Shown: positions 51,378-62,603, counted from the stretch's first letter. The stretch is 64,000 nucleotides of DNA from an uncultured Gemmatimonadales bacterium (GCA_963846945.1 CAWJXX010000005.1:70838-134837); one strand, 5' to 3'. Translations and numbers: made by a program. Notes: a model not told the origin generated them from the sequence alone.

Positions 51378-52679
51378 ATGACTCTGGTCCCGGTCGAACA
51401 ACCCCCGGCAATCACACCCGCCGGCGTTCCGCTCCCCGAGGTTCGGAACGAGGCCATCAAAGCCGCCGAACTGGCGGACATGAAGCGCAAAGCCACTGGG
51501 CTCTTGTGCTTAGCCGCGGCGATCTTCCTCGTGGCCGCGATCCTCGAATCCAGGTACCCCTGGCTGAGCTGGGTCCGCGCCGGCGCCGAGGCAGCCATGG
51601 TGGGCGGCCTGGCCGACTGGTTCGCCGTCACTGCCCTCTTCCGCTATCCCCTCGGCATTCCGATTCCGCACACCGCGATCATTCCGACCCGCAAGGAACG
51701 GATCGCGCGAATCCTGGCCGATTTCTTCGAGAAGAACTTCTTCACCCGCGAAGTCCTCGCCGCGCGACTGCACCAGCTCGGTCTTGCCGAACGCGTCGGC
51801 AGCTGGCTCTCCAGTCCGGAGAACAGCCGCATACTCGCCCGTCAACTGGTGAAGGCTGCCGCCAGCGCCGCCGAGGCGGTGCCCGAGGAGACCGCCCGCA
51901 ACTTCGTCGATCGCAGCATCGTGGGTCGCCTGCGTGCAATTCCCGCAGCACCAGTCGCGGCGCGTGCTGTCGAGGGATTGATGAAGGGTGGACGGCACCA
52001 GGAGCTGCTCGACCGCATCCTCGGGGTCATCAACAACGTGCTGGAACGGAACGAGGGATTCATCCGGCAGCGGATCGGCGAAGAGTCGCCATGGTGGGTA
52101 CCGGATGCCGCCGAAGAACGGTTGCATGAAAAGGTGGTCGGTGCCATCGAGCGGACCCTCGGCGCAATCGTGGCCGATCCCTCGCATCCGGTCCGCGGCC
52201 AGTTCGACGTCGCGCTGAACGAGTTTGTCGAACGGCTCAAGACGGCGCCCGACACCATCGAGCGCGCCGAGGAGATCAAGGAGGACCTGCTTCGCTCGCC
52301 GGCCATCCTCAACCTGAGCGCCAGGCTCTGGAGCGACGTACGCGACGCACTCCGGCGATACGCGGACGACGCCGACGGCGAACCGCCGCCGGAGCTGGAG
52401 CGTGCAATCCAGGCATTCGGGACGGCTATGCTGGCCGACGAAGCGCTCCGAATGAAGATCGACCAGGGAATTGCACGGGCCGTGGCGGGCCTGGCCGAAA
52501 AGCATCGCAGTCACGTAGGCGAACTGATCACCGAAACGGTGTCACGCTGGGACGGTGCCGAGACCGCCCGGCGACTGGAGTTGCAGGTCGGGAGAGACTT
52601 GCAGTATGTGCGCATCAACGGGACCCTCGTCGGCGGACTTGTGGGGCTGCTGCTGCAGGTCCTGCGGCAGATCCTCTAG
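51378..52679 (+). CDS. DUF445 family membrane protein
   Basis: AEAAMVGGLADWFAVTALFR.P.GIPIPHTAII; C-terminal GRDLQYVRINGTLVGG. Confidence 0.92.
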   Translation: MTLVPVEQPPAITPAGVPLPEVRNEAIKAAELADMKRKATGLLCLAAAIFLVAAILESRYPWLSWVRAGAEAAMVGGLADWFAVTALFRYPLGIPIPHTAIIPTRKERIARILADFFEKNFFTREVLAARLHQLGLAERVGSWLSSPENSRILARQLVKAAASAAEAVPEETARNFVDRSIVGRLRAIPAAPVAARAVEGLMKGGRHQELLDRILGVINNVLERNEGFIRQRIGEESPWWVPDAAEERLHEKVVGAIERTLGAIVADPSHPVRGQFDVALNEFVERLKTAPDTIERAEEIKEDLLRSPAILNLSARLWSDVRDALRRYADDADGEPPPELERAIQAFGTAMLADEALRMKIDQGIARAVAGLAEKHRSHVGELITETVSRWDGAETARRLELQVGRDLQYVRINGTLVGGLVGLLLQVLRQIL

Positions 52680-52767
52680 CCCCGTGTGCCGTCGCCCTGC
52701 CGGCTCGGCGCCCTGCCGCCCTTTCCGCCTTGCCTCCTGCGGGCCTGACGCCCGATCTTAGGCCATC

Positions 52768-55119
52768 ATGCGAAAGCCACAACATCAGATGACCGGCCGG
52801 CGCCTGCGGGATTCCCTCCCGCTGCCCCAGGAGTACGCCTGTCTCCTGACACCGGACGGCTTCCTGGCGCGCGTGAGTCCAGATCTCGAACGCGACTTCG
52901 GTCCCGCGGCGGTCATGCTGCACGGCCAGCCGTTCGCTGAACTGGTGCACGAAGGCGATCGCATCGGTGTGCGCGCGGCGCTCTCGTGGATTCGCGATGA
53001 TGGCGCGCCGGTCGTCTTCGAGTGTCGCTGGCACCAGAACGACGGGAGCTGGCGCTGGCTCGAGTGGACGGTGGCCCGGCGTCCCGGCGAATCGGTGCTG
53101 GTTGCGGTCGGTCGCGACGTGACGCGCTGGCGCGAAGACGAGGCCATGGCGCTCGGCCAGTCGCGCGTGCTGGAACAGATCGTGAGCGGCGCCGCGCTGG
53201 CCGACGTGCTGGCGCAGGTGTGTGCCACACTCGAGGGTGCCTCCGATCGCATCCGCGCGGCGGTGCACCTGGTCGATGCACCGTCGCGCACGCTCCGGCT
53301 TGCCGCGGCACCGGCCCTGGATGAGGGTCTTCGCCGGGTGATGATGACCCTTCCGCTGGACGATGGCCCCGGTGCCGCGGTGGCGGCCGCCCGTCGGCGG
53401 GAACTGGTCGTGAGCGATGACCTCGCGGCGCCGGCGACACTCTGGTCGGCACAGCGCGAGGTGCCCCTGGCGCACGGTCTGCGCGCGGAGTGGGCGCTGC
53501 CGGTCCTCACTCCAACCGGCGACCTCCTTGCAGTCGTGGCGGCCTACCTCACGGTGCCGGGCGAGCCCCTGCCGCGGGAACGACAGGCGCTCGGCGCCGC
53601 CGCCGAGCTCGTGCGTCAGGCGCTCACCAGCGAAAAGCGCAGCCACCAGAGCGCACTTCTCGGTGACGCCCTCTTTGCCGCTGGCGATGTCGTCCTCGTG
53701 CTCGATCCCGCGCTCACGCCGGACGGCCGGCGCATCCGCTGGGTCAACGCCTCCTTCGAGCGCCGGCTGGGCGTGACGCGCGCCGACGTGCTCGGCAAGA
53801 CGCTGGACACCCTCGCCGGTCCCGAAAGTGATCGCACGGCCCTCGACCGCATCCAGCAGTCCATGGATGCGGGGCTGCCGGTGCTGCAGGACATGCTCAG
53901 CTACGGCAGGGATGGTTCGCCGATCTGGCTGGAGCTCGACGTGAGTCCGGTGCGTGACGGGCGCGGCATCACCAGCGCCTGGGTGGCGGTCGGGCGCGAC
54001 ATCACCGGCCCGAAGCTCGCCGACGAGGCGCTGGCACGCAGCGAGGAACACGTCCAGCGCGCGCTGGCGGCGGCGAGCATGGCGACATGGGAATGGGACG
54101 TCGAGCGTCGCTCGCTCGACTGCTCCGAGACTTTCGGGCCATTGTTCGGCCTGCCGCACGGCGCGGCCTTCGCCAATTTCGACGAGCTGCTGGAACGCTG
54201 TCACGCGGAAGACCGCCCGCTCCTGCGCAGGACACAGCGCGCCGTGTACCGGGAGAGCGGCGTGCGCGAGATCGAATGGCGCGCGGTGACCCCCGAGGGC
54301 GAAGTGCGCTGGCTCCGTGCGCGCCTCCGCCCGGAGCGCGCGCCGGGCGGCTGGCTTCGCCGCGTGGCCGGCGTAGTTGAAGAACGCGGTGAGGTGGCCG
54401 GCCCCGGGATCCTCGGCGACGCGGACCACGAGGCGGATGCCGGTACGATCGACGAGGTGGAGGAACTGGTGGTGCCGGAGCCAGCCATGCAGGGTGCCGG
54501 GGAGATCGACGAACTGATCGACCTCTCGTCCCTGGTCGCCGCCTGGAGCCCCTCGTTCCGGGGATACACGGCGCGCGCGGCATCACTGCACCTGCGCCTG
54601 GCCCCGGGCCTCACGTCGGTATTCGGCGATGCCGAGTCGCTTCGAGTCGCCGTAGTCGAGCTGGTCAAGAATGCGGCCGAGGGACTGGAAGAGGGCGGAG
54701 GGGTGATCTCGCTCGCGACCGGGACGGTGGAGGCGACGCGCGCCTTTCTCGCGTCGGCGTACTTCGATGATTCGCTGCCCCCGGGACGATACGCATACAT
54801 CGAGGTGTCCGATACCGGGCGCGGCATGGACGCGGCATCAGTGTCCCGCATTTTCGAGCCGTCGTTCAGTACGCGGGGTGCGGGACGCGGACTGGGCCTG
54901 CCCCGCGTCCTTGCGGTCGTGCGGGCGCACAGGGGCGCGGTCCAGGTTTACAGCAAGCCCGACATCGGCACGACGGTGCGTGTGCTGATTCCCACCGAGG
55001 TGCTCGTCCGGTCCGGCCGCAATGGCGCGATCGTCGGTGACGTGGCCCCGGTGGACGTGACGCGGGACCGGCTGGTCGCGCTGACCGTAGCGCTGCGGCA
55101 GACCGATCTCGCGAGCTGA
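52768..55119 (+). CDS. PAS-GAF-PAS-PAS-HATPase_c sensor lacking an evident H-box
   Basis: PAS/GAF motifs and ELVKNA, DTGRGM, IFEPSFST, GRGLGL; an acidic linker sits where DHp is expected. Confidence 0.8.
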   Translation: MRKPQHQMTGRRLRDSLPLPQEYACLLTPDGFLARVSPDLERDFGPAAVMLHGQPFAELVHEGDRIGVRAALSWIRDDGAPVVFECRWHQNDGSWRWLEWTVARRPGESVLVAVGRDVTRWREDEAMALGQSRVLEQIVSGAALADVLAQVCATLEGASDRIRAAVHLVDAPSRTLRLAAAPALDEGLRRVMMTLPLDDGPGAAVAAARRRELVVSDDLAAPATLWSAQREVPLAHGLRAEWALPVLTPTGDLLAVVAAYLTVPGEPLPRERQALGAAAELVRQALTSEKRSHQSALLGDALFAAGDVVLVLDPALTPDGRRIRWVNASFERRLGVTRADVLGKTLDTLAGPESDRTALDRIQQSMDAGLPVLQDMLSYGRDGSPIWLELDVSPVRDGRGITSAWVAVGRDITGPKLADEALARSEEHVQRALAAASMATWEWDVERRSLDCSETFGPLFGLPHGAAFANFDELLERCHAEDRPLLRRTQRAVYRESGVREIEWRAVTPEGEVRWLRARLRPERAPGGWLRRVAGVVEERGEVAGPGILGDADHEADAGTIDEVEELVVPEPAMQGAGEIDELIDLSSLVAAWSPSFRGYTARAASLHLRLAPGLTSVFGDAESLRVAVVELVKNAAEGLEEGGGVISLATGTVEATRAFLASAYFDDSLPPGRYAYIEVSDTGRGMDAASVSRIFEPSFSTRGAGRGLGLPRVLAVVRAHRGAVQVYSKPDIGTTVRVLIPTEVLVRSGRNGAIVGDVAPVDVTRDRLVALTVALRQTDLAS

Positions 55120-55242
55120 GCCCGTGGCACGCTCTCGCAGCTTGAACGTACCCACCGCGTCAGCGCAGCTTCGGCGGGCCGTCCGCGTCTCGCTTGCTCG
55201 CTCGGATCCGGCGCTCAAGTCCCAGGGCTCGCCGAAGCGTCC

Positions 55243-55843
55243 GTGACCGGATGGATCCGTCGGCGGCCCGGCCTTGAGCGCCGCCACTCGCTCGCTCGAC
55301 GCGAACGACCCACCTGTACTGCGCTCGCCGCGGCCTCTGCGCTGTGGGTCGCGCTTCTCGCGACCGCGCCACTCGCCGCGCAGGATGTGCGCTACGGTGG
55401 CCCGCCCAGGCCGGTCCGCGTCACGGAATCCGTGCCGCGTCACCCGCATCACCGACGGCGATTCGATCGAATGCGAGGGCATCGGCCGGATCCGTCTCAT
55501 CGGTATCGACGCACCGGAGCTGAGCCAGAAGCCCTACGGCAAAATGTCGGGCAGTGAACTCGCGAAGCGGATCCCGGTCGGCACCACTACCCAGCTCGAA
55601 CACGACGTGCAGGCACGCGACCGGAACGGCCGTACCCTTGGCTACGTCTGGTATCGCGGTGAACTCATCAACTGGTGGATGGTACGACAGGGGTGGGCTC
55701 TGACGCTCACGTATGCCCCGGACGTGCAGTACGTTTCCTGGTTTGCCCAGGCCGTGAAGGCCGCACGCGGCGACCAGCTGGGACTCTGGGCCATCGACGG
55801 CTTCGCCTGCGAGCCGTACGACCATCGTCACGGACGCTGCTGA
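55243..55843 (+). CDS. Thermonuclease (SNase-like), secreted (indel near 55430)
   Basis: ITDGDSI, IRLIGIDAPE, DRNGRTLGYV, GLW. Confidence 0.85.
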
Positions 55844-55871
55844 CGCCGCGTCAAGCTGGAGGACCGTTCTC

Positions 55872-56357
55872 ATGACTGCCACCGCCACCGCCACAATCAC
55901 TGTCATCACGCCAGAGCAGCTGCTCGAGCACTGGCAGGGCCACCGGCGCGTCACGCGACGCATGATCGGGCAATTCCCGGAGAAGGAACTCTTCAGCTAT
56001 TCCATCGGCGGCATGCGGCCTTTTGTCGAGCTGGCGATGGAGATGGTCGGCATGGCGGTCTCGACGCTCGAAGGCGTGGCCACCGGCAGCTGGAATTACG
56101 CGTCACCCGCCAAGCCGGCGACCAAGACCGACCTGTTGCACGTCTGGGACGAGAACACCGCGGCCATTGCCAGGCTCTGGCCCGAAATCCCGGGGAAGCG
56201 TTTTCAGGAAGTGGATTCGGCGTTCGGCCAGTGGAAGGCGCCGTGCATCACGACGCTGCTATACGTGATCGACAATGAGATCCATCATCGCGCCCAGGGC
56301 AGCGTCTACCTTCGATCACTGGGCATCGAGCCGACGGCGTTCTACGACCGCAGCTGA
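55872..56357 (+). CDS. DinB family protein
   Basis: HWQGHRR.TRR.I..FPE, GGMRPF, YVIDNEIHHRAQG.VYLR.LG. Confidence 0.9.
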   Translation: MTATATATITVITPEQLLEHWQGHRRVTRRMIGQFPEKELFSYSIGGMRPFVELAMEMVGMAVSTLEGVATGSWNYASPAKPATKTDLLHVWDENTAAIARLWPEIPGKRFQEVDSAFGQWKAPCITTLLYVIDNEIHHRAQGSVYLRSLGIEPTAFYDRS

Positions 56358-56368
56358 GGCGGGCCGGG

Positions 56369-56755
56369 TCACACCACCTTGGTGGCAATCCACCAGGTGG
56401 TGCCCCCCCCGTCGGCGACACCTCCGCGCTTGTCGTCGTCATCCTTCTTGACCGGCTCCTGCACCGATGTCGCACCGGCCTCGAGCGCCAGCTTGAACGT
56501 GGCGTCCACGTCGGTGACGTAGATGTGAACGTTGGATGGCGTGGACGGCCAGCCCGGCTGGTGGTCCGCCAGCATGATCACGCTGTCGCCCACCTTGACC
56601 TCTGCATGACCGATCTTCCCATCGGGCGTGTCGAAGTGCCGGACGAGCACCCCGTCAAAGACCAGCCGGAGGAACTCGATCGTGCCATGCGCGCCGTTGA
56701 CGATCAGGTAGGGTGAGACCGTCGAGTAGCCGGCGGGCTTGAAGGTCACTGTCAC
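56369..56755 (-). CDS. VOC/glyoxalase (PhnB-like) protein
   Basis: GYSTVSPYL, HAEVKVGDSVIML, IYVTDVDA, GGV.D..G..WWIAT. Confidence 0.88.
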   Translation of the reverse strand: MTVTFKPAGYSTVSPYLIVNGAHGTIEFLRLVFDGVLVRHFDTPDGKIGHAEVKVGDSVIMLADHQPGWPSTPSNVHIYVTDVDATFKLALEAGATSVQEPVKKDDDDKRGGVADGGGTTWWIATKVV

Positions 56756-56970
56756 TACGCACTCTTCCTGAAGCCGGCCGCTGCCATCGCGACACCGGCC
56801 ACCAATGCCACTGCACCCGTCCATGGCGGAACCGCGTGCTCTTCCGGCGCCGTGAGCTTGACGTCCCCCACCTTCACCACGTCCTTCCGGGTCGTGAACC
56901 CACCTCCCCGCACCAGTACGAAAATGCCAAGCAGGGCCAACAGCACACCGATGATCGACGACGGGCGCAT
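56755..56970 (-). CDS. Small two-TM membrane protein
   Basis: TM, T..DV.KVG.VKL loop, PPW, TM; RBS AGGAGG. Confidence 0.7.
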   Translation of the reverse strand: MRPSSIIGVLLALLGIFVLVRGGGFTTRKDVVKVGDVKLTAPEEHAVPPWTGAVALVAGVAMAAAGFRKSA

Positions 56971-57116
56971 ACGCCCCTCCTTTGAGTGAGCCGCTCCGGA
57001 CGCCTTGCGGTACCCCGCGCGACAGGCGGTTGTGCCTCGGCTGATTGCTCCCCGGCCCGGCGCGTCATATGATGCGAATGCTCGCGTTGTTCCCTCCCTC
57101 CCTCGGAGCCGGTCCT

Positions 57117-57668
57117 ATGCGGTCCACCACGTCGCGCCTCCCCGTCGCACTCCTGTTCCTGCCGGTTGTCCTTCACGCCCAGGCCTTGTCCCCCGCCAAG
57201 AAGGATTCACTCATCCAGGCGGCGGTGCGCGCCGCCCCGGCCGACATCGGGGCGCACGCAGCGGTCGTGCTGCCAGGCCCCGACGGCAAGATGGTGACGC
57301 TGCGACCGGGCACGAACGGCTTCACCTGCTTCCCCGACAACCCGGAAACCCCTGGTCCCGACCCGATGTGTGCCGATGCCAACGCCATGCTCTGGGGTCA
57401 GGCGTACATGTCGCATGCCGCGAAGCCCGCCAACACAACCCCGGGAGTCGCGTACATGCTGGCCGGGGGCAGTGATGTCAGCAACACCGATCCGTATGCC
57501 AAGCCGGGGAAGGACACGAAATGGATCCAGACGGGCCCGCATTGGATGCTGATGTGGCCAATGGATCCCAAGACCACTGGCCTCCCGACCACGCCGAGCA
57601 ACACCGGCGCCTACATCATGTGGGCAGGAACGCCGTGGGCCCACGTGATGATCAACGGACAGCCGTGA
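57117..57668 (+). CDS. Secreted hypothetical protein
   Basis: Signal peptide; LRPGTNGFTC.PD, PMC.D, YMLAGG, GPHWM, GTPWAHVM. Confidence 0.75.
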   Translation: MRSTTSRLPVALLFLPVVLHAQALSPAKKDSLIQAAVRAAPADIGAHAAVVLPGPDGKMVTLRPGTNGFTCFPDNPETPGPDPMCADANAMLWGQAYMSHAAKPANTTPGVAYMLAGGSDVSNTDPYAKPGKDTKWIQTGPHWMLMWPMDPKTTGLPTTPSNTGAYIMWAGTPWAHVMINGQP

Positions 57669-57675
57669 GTCGCTC

Positions 57676-58134
57676 CTAGGACTTGAGCGGCGGACACGCG
57701 GGTCCGCGCACCTGCTTGTCATGGAAGAGCACGGACCCCGGATCCGCCGGCACCGCAATGATGTCCACCGGCATCGTCTTCGTGGTGGACTTGCAGAAGT
57801 GATAGGTGGTGACCAGGAATGTTCCCCCGGACTTCGCGTTGGGCTCCCACGCGAGCACCACGGAATCACCCGCAAAGCCGGGGCTCGCGGCCACGATCAC
57901 CATCTTGCGGCTGAAGTTGATTCTTGGCGCGGGCCTGCCCGCCTTGCCGGTCGCCGAACTCCCGCCGGTCGTCGCCCACTGGTCCTGCCACTCCGAGGAG
58001 TCGCGCACCACTTCCTGATAGGCCTTGAGGAAGTCGCTGTCCGCCCCGCGGTAGACCTGCTGCCACTTGGGAACGGCACCGACTCCGGCCAGCAGCATCG
58101 ACGACAGGATGGCGAGTGCGCGCATGGTGACCAT
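57676..58134 (-). CDS. Secreted hypothetical protein (weak PrcB C-terminal-like pattern)
   Basis: Signal-like N-terminus; W...W...P.INFS..MVI. Confidence 0.55.
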   Translation of the reverse strand: MVTMRALAILSSMLLAGVGAVPKWQQVYRGADSDFLKAYQEVVRDSSEWQDQWATTGGSSATGKAGRPAPRINFSRKMVIVAASPGFAGDSVVLAWEPNAKSGGTFLVTTYHFCKSTTKTMPVDIIAVPADPGSVLFHDKQVRGPACPPLKS

Positions 58135-59188
58135 TCAATATCCCGCGAGTTTCGTGATGCGCCCCTTGCCGCCTACCAGCCATCCCGCCCGCGGTGACGC
58201 GAAGCCCACACTCCAGTAATTGAGGCTGTCGATCGGGACCCAGGTCGCTCCCTCATCACGGGACCAGGCCGCGCCGCCGGGCCCCGCCGCAACCACGGTC
58301 GGCAGGCGTGCGCCGGGCACGTAGACCCCGCCCCATGCACCGGGCGTAAAGGGCAGCCGCCCACGCAGCGACCAGGTTGCACCGCCGTCCGAGGTGATGG
58401 CAACGTCCTCGTCTCCGGCCACCGCGGTCGTGCCGCCTCCGAGCACCATGCCATGCTTCGCATCGCGGAACGCGATCGATTGCGCGCCGGTGCCGCCGCG
58501 CGACGAGGTGAGTGGGACGATCACCGAGCTCCAGGTGCGGCCGTAGTCCGCCGAGTGCAGCACCCGCGAGCGCACGCTGTCGGCGGCCACGATCCAGACG
58601 AGACCCCCAGGCTGCGTCACCAGACAGGTGCCGCTGGCGGCGAAGCTTCCCTCGCCCTCGGGTGCCGCGGGCAGCCCGGCCGGGTCGAGGCGGGTCCAGT
58701 GCGCACCGCCATCCTCCGTGCTGAGGATGTCCGTGTGCCCCTTCACGGCATCGCCGACGACGATACCGCGTCGCGCATCCCAGAAATCGAAGCAATCGTA
58801 GAAGGCGGCCGAGTCGGCGTTCTGGTACTGCAGGGCCCAGGTGGCGCCGCCATCGTGGGTGAAGTAGATGCGCGAGGCAGCGACCATTGCCGATGCTGAG
58901 CAGCCAGGCCGTGTTCGCGTCCAGGGCGTGCACATCACGGAATTGCAGCGAGTCGGCACCGGCGACCTTGCCGGCCTGCCAGGTCGCGCCGCCATCCAGC
59001 GTGCGCAGCCAGGTGCCACCGGTGCCGCTTGCCCACACGATCGTGTCATTGACGGGACTCACGCTGATGAGCAGCGCGCTGGTGTTGCTCTGCTGGGGCG
59101 TGTGCGAGATGCTGGCGGGAGATGGTGCGGCAGCAGGTTGCGAGCAGGCGGCGATGAGGATCGCCATGATGGTGACCAGGCGTGGCAT
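58135..59188 (-). CDS. BNR/Asp-box (YCF48-like) beta-propeller lipoprotein (indel near 58880)
   Basis: IAAC lipobox; repeated T.DGGATW Asp-boxes; FAASGT. Confidence 0.85.
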
Positions 59189-59296
59189 TGCTGCTCCGTG
59201 GGATTGATCGCCACAATCTACAGCCGCCGGGCACCGGGCCGTCCCGCCAGGGGGCGACCGCGCACGAGCGTGCGCGGCCGCGAACCGCGATACTGG

Positions 59297-59695
59297 CTAG
59301 GGTACGGTCACCGTCAGAATCGTGGTGGCATCCGGTACCCCGCTCCCCGTCGCAGTGATCGTCAGTGGATAGCTGCCTGACACGGCGTCCGCTGCCACCG
59401 TGACGGTGGCCGTGGACGTGTTCGTGCCTGACGGCACGGAAGTGAACCCGACCGTGATGGACGTCGGACCACCGCTGGTCGCGAGGGCGACCGAGCCGGA
59501 GAAGGAGCCGCCCCTGTCGACGGTGACGACCGTCGTGCCGCTCGCTCCCTTGTCGACGCTGAGGCTGGCGGGCGCGACCGAGATCGAAAGTGTAGCTGCA
59601 TTGTCGCTGCACGCCGAAATGGATACGGCGGCAGCGCCCAGGGTGAGCCCGGCAAGCAGCAGGGCACGACGTCGCGTCGGAACAAGGAGTCGCAT
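59297..59695 (-). CDS. Small Ig-like lipoprotein
   Basis: ISAC lipobox; Thr/Val/Ser-rich beta-sandwich pattern (G.Y.LTITATG). Confidence 0.7.
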   Translation of the reverse strand: MRLLVPTRRRALLLAGLTLGAAAVSISACSDNAATLSISVAPASLSVDKGASGTTVVTVDRGGSFSGSVALATSGGPTSITVGFTSVPSGTNTSTATVTVAADAVSGSYPLTITATGSGVPDATTILTVTVP

Positions 59696-59727
59696 GGTTT
59701 TCTCCGGAAGAAATGGGCGATCGCTCG

Positions 59728-61050
59728 TCACGGCCGAATCGACGACCACGAAATGGGTCGCTTGTAAGAATGCCTCCCGCCGAGCAGCGATGCAACCTGC
59801 AGCGTCCCGCACCTGCCGGCCGGTCCCTGCGATGCAGCTATCGCACTACCCGGGCTCCGTGCGCTGTCGGGCAGCACCACGGCTCCAGGAAGGGCATGCC
59901 AGCCGGTCCAGGTCTCCTTGGCAAAGACGTAGCGCAGGCCGGCGCGTCCACCGGCAGTGAGTGTGTCGACCTGCACCCGGAAGCCCGGTTTCACCCGGGC
60001 CTTGAACTTCTGTCCCGTGGCGGCAAGGAACCAGTCGCGATGACGCGGTTCATCCCAGACGGAGACCCAGATGATGGCTGGCCCCCCGTTGCCTTCATCC
60101 AGCCGGAACCGGTCGCCTCCCCAGCCGATCGGGAGGGAGCTGTCGCTGGCCTTCCTGCCCGTCAGCTCCTGCATCAGCAGGCGGATGTCGAACTCGCCCA
60201 GCACGTCCTCGTAGCTGCCGGGCACGCTGTCGGTGAAGCGAACGTCGATGGGCTGGTCCCCACTCGCATAGCGCTCGGGATGGAGGATCTGCTCGGTGGA
60301 TTGCGGCATCCGCGGGCCGTAGGGGAGCGTGTCCCGCCACCTGGACGTGTTCCACCAGACCATGAACTCGGCACCCGAGAGATAGGGGAACAGCAGGCCT
60401 TCGCGCAGCACTGCCGGCACCTTCTCCTGTCCGGCGTTCAGCAGTTCATCACCGGTCTTCCGGAACTCGTCCCAGAACTCCCGGCTCTGGGCCACCTCGG
60501 CCCCCTGGAGCATCACGATGGAGGCGTAGTTGGCCTGGCCCTCGAGAATTGCCTGCGCCGCCGCCGAACGATCGTTGCTGCTCTTGTCCTTGAGGATCGA
60601 GTCGAGGGGCATGTACTGGTCCTGCAGCGCGTGCACCAGCTCATGCGCCACGGTGAGGCGAAGCACCGCCGGCTCGGCACCCTCGGCGGCGTAGAGCGTG
60701 GTCGAATCCGGGTCGTAGTAGCCGGCGATCTGTTGCGACAGCATGTCTTCCATGATGGCGCGCAGGTTGATCGAATCGGGAAGCAGGCCGAGCATGGTGT
60801 ACGCCCGGGTCAGCTGCAGAAACCGCTCCGGCGGCATTTCCTGCGAGAGCTTGGCGCTGACGAAGCTGCGCACCTGCTCGTGCGTGCGCAGGGCGGACCG
60901 CGGGCGGGTATGGAACTTGAGGCCGACGCTGCGCTCCACGGATGGCATCAGGCTGTCGACCAGGCGAACCAGGCTCCGGTCCTCGTTCGTTTCCCTCGGG
61001 GTGCCACGGCACGCCGCGAGCAGCAGCACCAGGCAGGCGAGGCGGCGCAT
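59728..61050 (-). CDS. Lipoprotein, putative zinc metallopeptidase (HExxH)
   Basis: LAAC lipobox; AGYYDP, AHELVHALQDQ, AILEGQA, FPY..G, STEQILHP, GWGGD. The 3' end is uncertain. Confidence 0.75.
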   Translation of the reverse strand: MRRLACLVLLLAACRGTPRETNEDRSLVRLVDSLMPSVERSVGLKFHTRPRSALRTHEQVRSFVSAKLSQEMPPERFLQLTRAYTMLGLLPDSINLRAIMEDMLSQQIAGYYDPDSTTLYAAEGAEPAVLRLTVAHELVHALQDQYMPLDSILKDKSSNDRSAAAQAILEGQANYASIVMLQGAEVAQSREFWDEFRKTGDELLNAGQEKVPAVLREGLLFPYLSGAEFMVWWNTSRWRDTLPYGPRMPQSTEQILHPERYASGDQPIDVRFTDSVPGSYEDVLGEFDIRLLMQELTGRKASDSSLPIGWGGDRFRLDEGNGGPAIIWVSVWDEPRHRDWFLAATGQKFKARVKPGFRVQVDTLTAGGRAGLRYVFAKETWTGWHALPGAVVLPDSARSPGSAIAASQGPAGRCGTLQVASLLGGRHSYKRPISWSSIRP

Positions 61051-61845
61051 CACCCGCCGATGTACCTGTTCAGGTACCACCCGATGAGGGCCGGGCCCCA
61101 GAGAAATGCGACGGCGGCACCGAGTGCCAGGAAGATGCCGAATGGCACAAGCTTCTTTTCACGCATGAGGTGAATCGGGACGAAGACGAGCGTCCCGATC
61201 AGCGCCCCGAGGAAGATGGTGAGCAGGACACCGGTCCAGCCGACGAACACGCCGACCATCGCCATCATCTTGATGTCGCCACCGCCCATCGCATCCTGCT
61301 TGAGCATCGCGCTGCCGATCGCACCCACTCCCCAGAGCAGGCCGAACCCGACCGCCGCACCGGCGAGTGCCAGGACGAGGCCGTGGTTGCCTGCACCGAG
61401 CCAGGTGAGCACCGAGCCCGATCACGAACCCGCCGATGGTGAACTCATCGGGGATGATGTAGGCGCGCGCATCACTCACCAGGATGCCGAGCAGCAGCGT
61501 GAAGAAGGCGGCGCCACGCAAGGCCTCGATCGTGGGACCCGACTTCCAGACGAAGCCCGCCCAGATGAGTGCGGTGGCCAGCTCGACGAGCGGATACATG
61601 GGTGAGATGGGCTGGTGGCAATGGCGACAACGGGCCCGCAGGACGAGCCAGGAGAGCACCGGGATGTTGTCGTACCAGGCGATCTGGTGGCCACACTTCG
61701 GGCAGCGCGAACGCGGCCGGCGAACCGATTCCTTCGGCTCGACGCCCCAGCTCAGGATGCAGACGTTGAGGAAACTGCCAAGAAGCAGGCCGAATACAGC
61801 GGCCACGACCACGAAGAATCCGACCCCAAGTCCTTCAGTCTCCAC
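61050..61845 (-). CDS. pilD: Prepilin peptidase (A24) (indel near 61410)
   Basis: GSFLNV, RSRCPKC, NIP..SW....RC..C, MGGGDIK, PFGIFL. Confidence 0.9.
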
Positions 61846-62603
61846 GCAATACCTCGTACAGGAGAATCCCGGCAGCGACCGCCACATTGAGCGACTCTGC
61901 TCCGGGTGCAAGGGCGATGCCGACCCTGTGCGTCGCGCGGGCGGTCGAGAGCCTCGGTGACGCCTGCCCCCTCATTGCCCAGCACCAGAAGGACCGGCGC
62001 GCCACGCGGTCGACGCGGCATGGGGCCGGCCGCGGCGTCCGTGATCCATGTCTCCGCGCCATGTGCCGTTGCCCAGGCCCCGAGTGCCTCTGCGTCGGTG
62101 GCGATGCATGGCAGGCGAAAGAAGGCTCCCATGCTCCCGCGCAACACTTTCGGGTTGGTCAGGTCGGCGGTACCCGGCAATGCGACGACACCGGCTGCGC
62201 CGAGCGCGAACGCCGTGCGCAACATGGTGCCGGCATTGCCGGGATCCTGCACGGCGTCGAGCACCAGGAGCACGGCACGCGGGCCGGCCACGACGTCATC
62301 GAGCGTCCACGTCCTCGGCTCGATCACGGCGACGATACCCTGGGGATGGTCCGTGTCGGACAGCGTGGCGAGGGCCTGGTCATCTGTGCGCTCGATCTTC
62401 GTGCCGGCCGCAACCAGCGCTCTTTCCAGCGCCTCGCCTCGACGGGTACTTTCGAGCGTCGGCGAAATGACCACGCCGCGGATCGGCACACCGACGGCGA
62501 GGACCTCCTCCACCAGCCGGACGCCTTCCGCCAGCGCGAGTCCGCGGCGTTCCCGGCCGCGGCGGCGCTTCAAGTCACGAATGAGGGTTTCGAGGGCACT
62601 CAT
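61835..62603 (-). CDS. TrmH/SpoU family RNA methyltransferase (indel near 61945)
   Basis: AEGVRL, PQGIVAV, LDAVQDPGNAGTMLR, GNEG.G, ESLNVAVAAGILLYE. Confidence 0.9.

Noticed and set aside
8253..54429. Long antisense or alternate-frame ORFs in the track (e.g. 8253-10085 -, 25737-27326 +, 52615-54429 -)
   Set aside because: Shadow ORFs typical of high-GC DNA, overlapping well-supported genes and lacking recognisable motifs.
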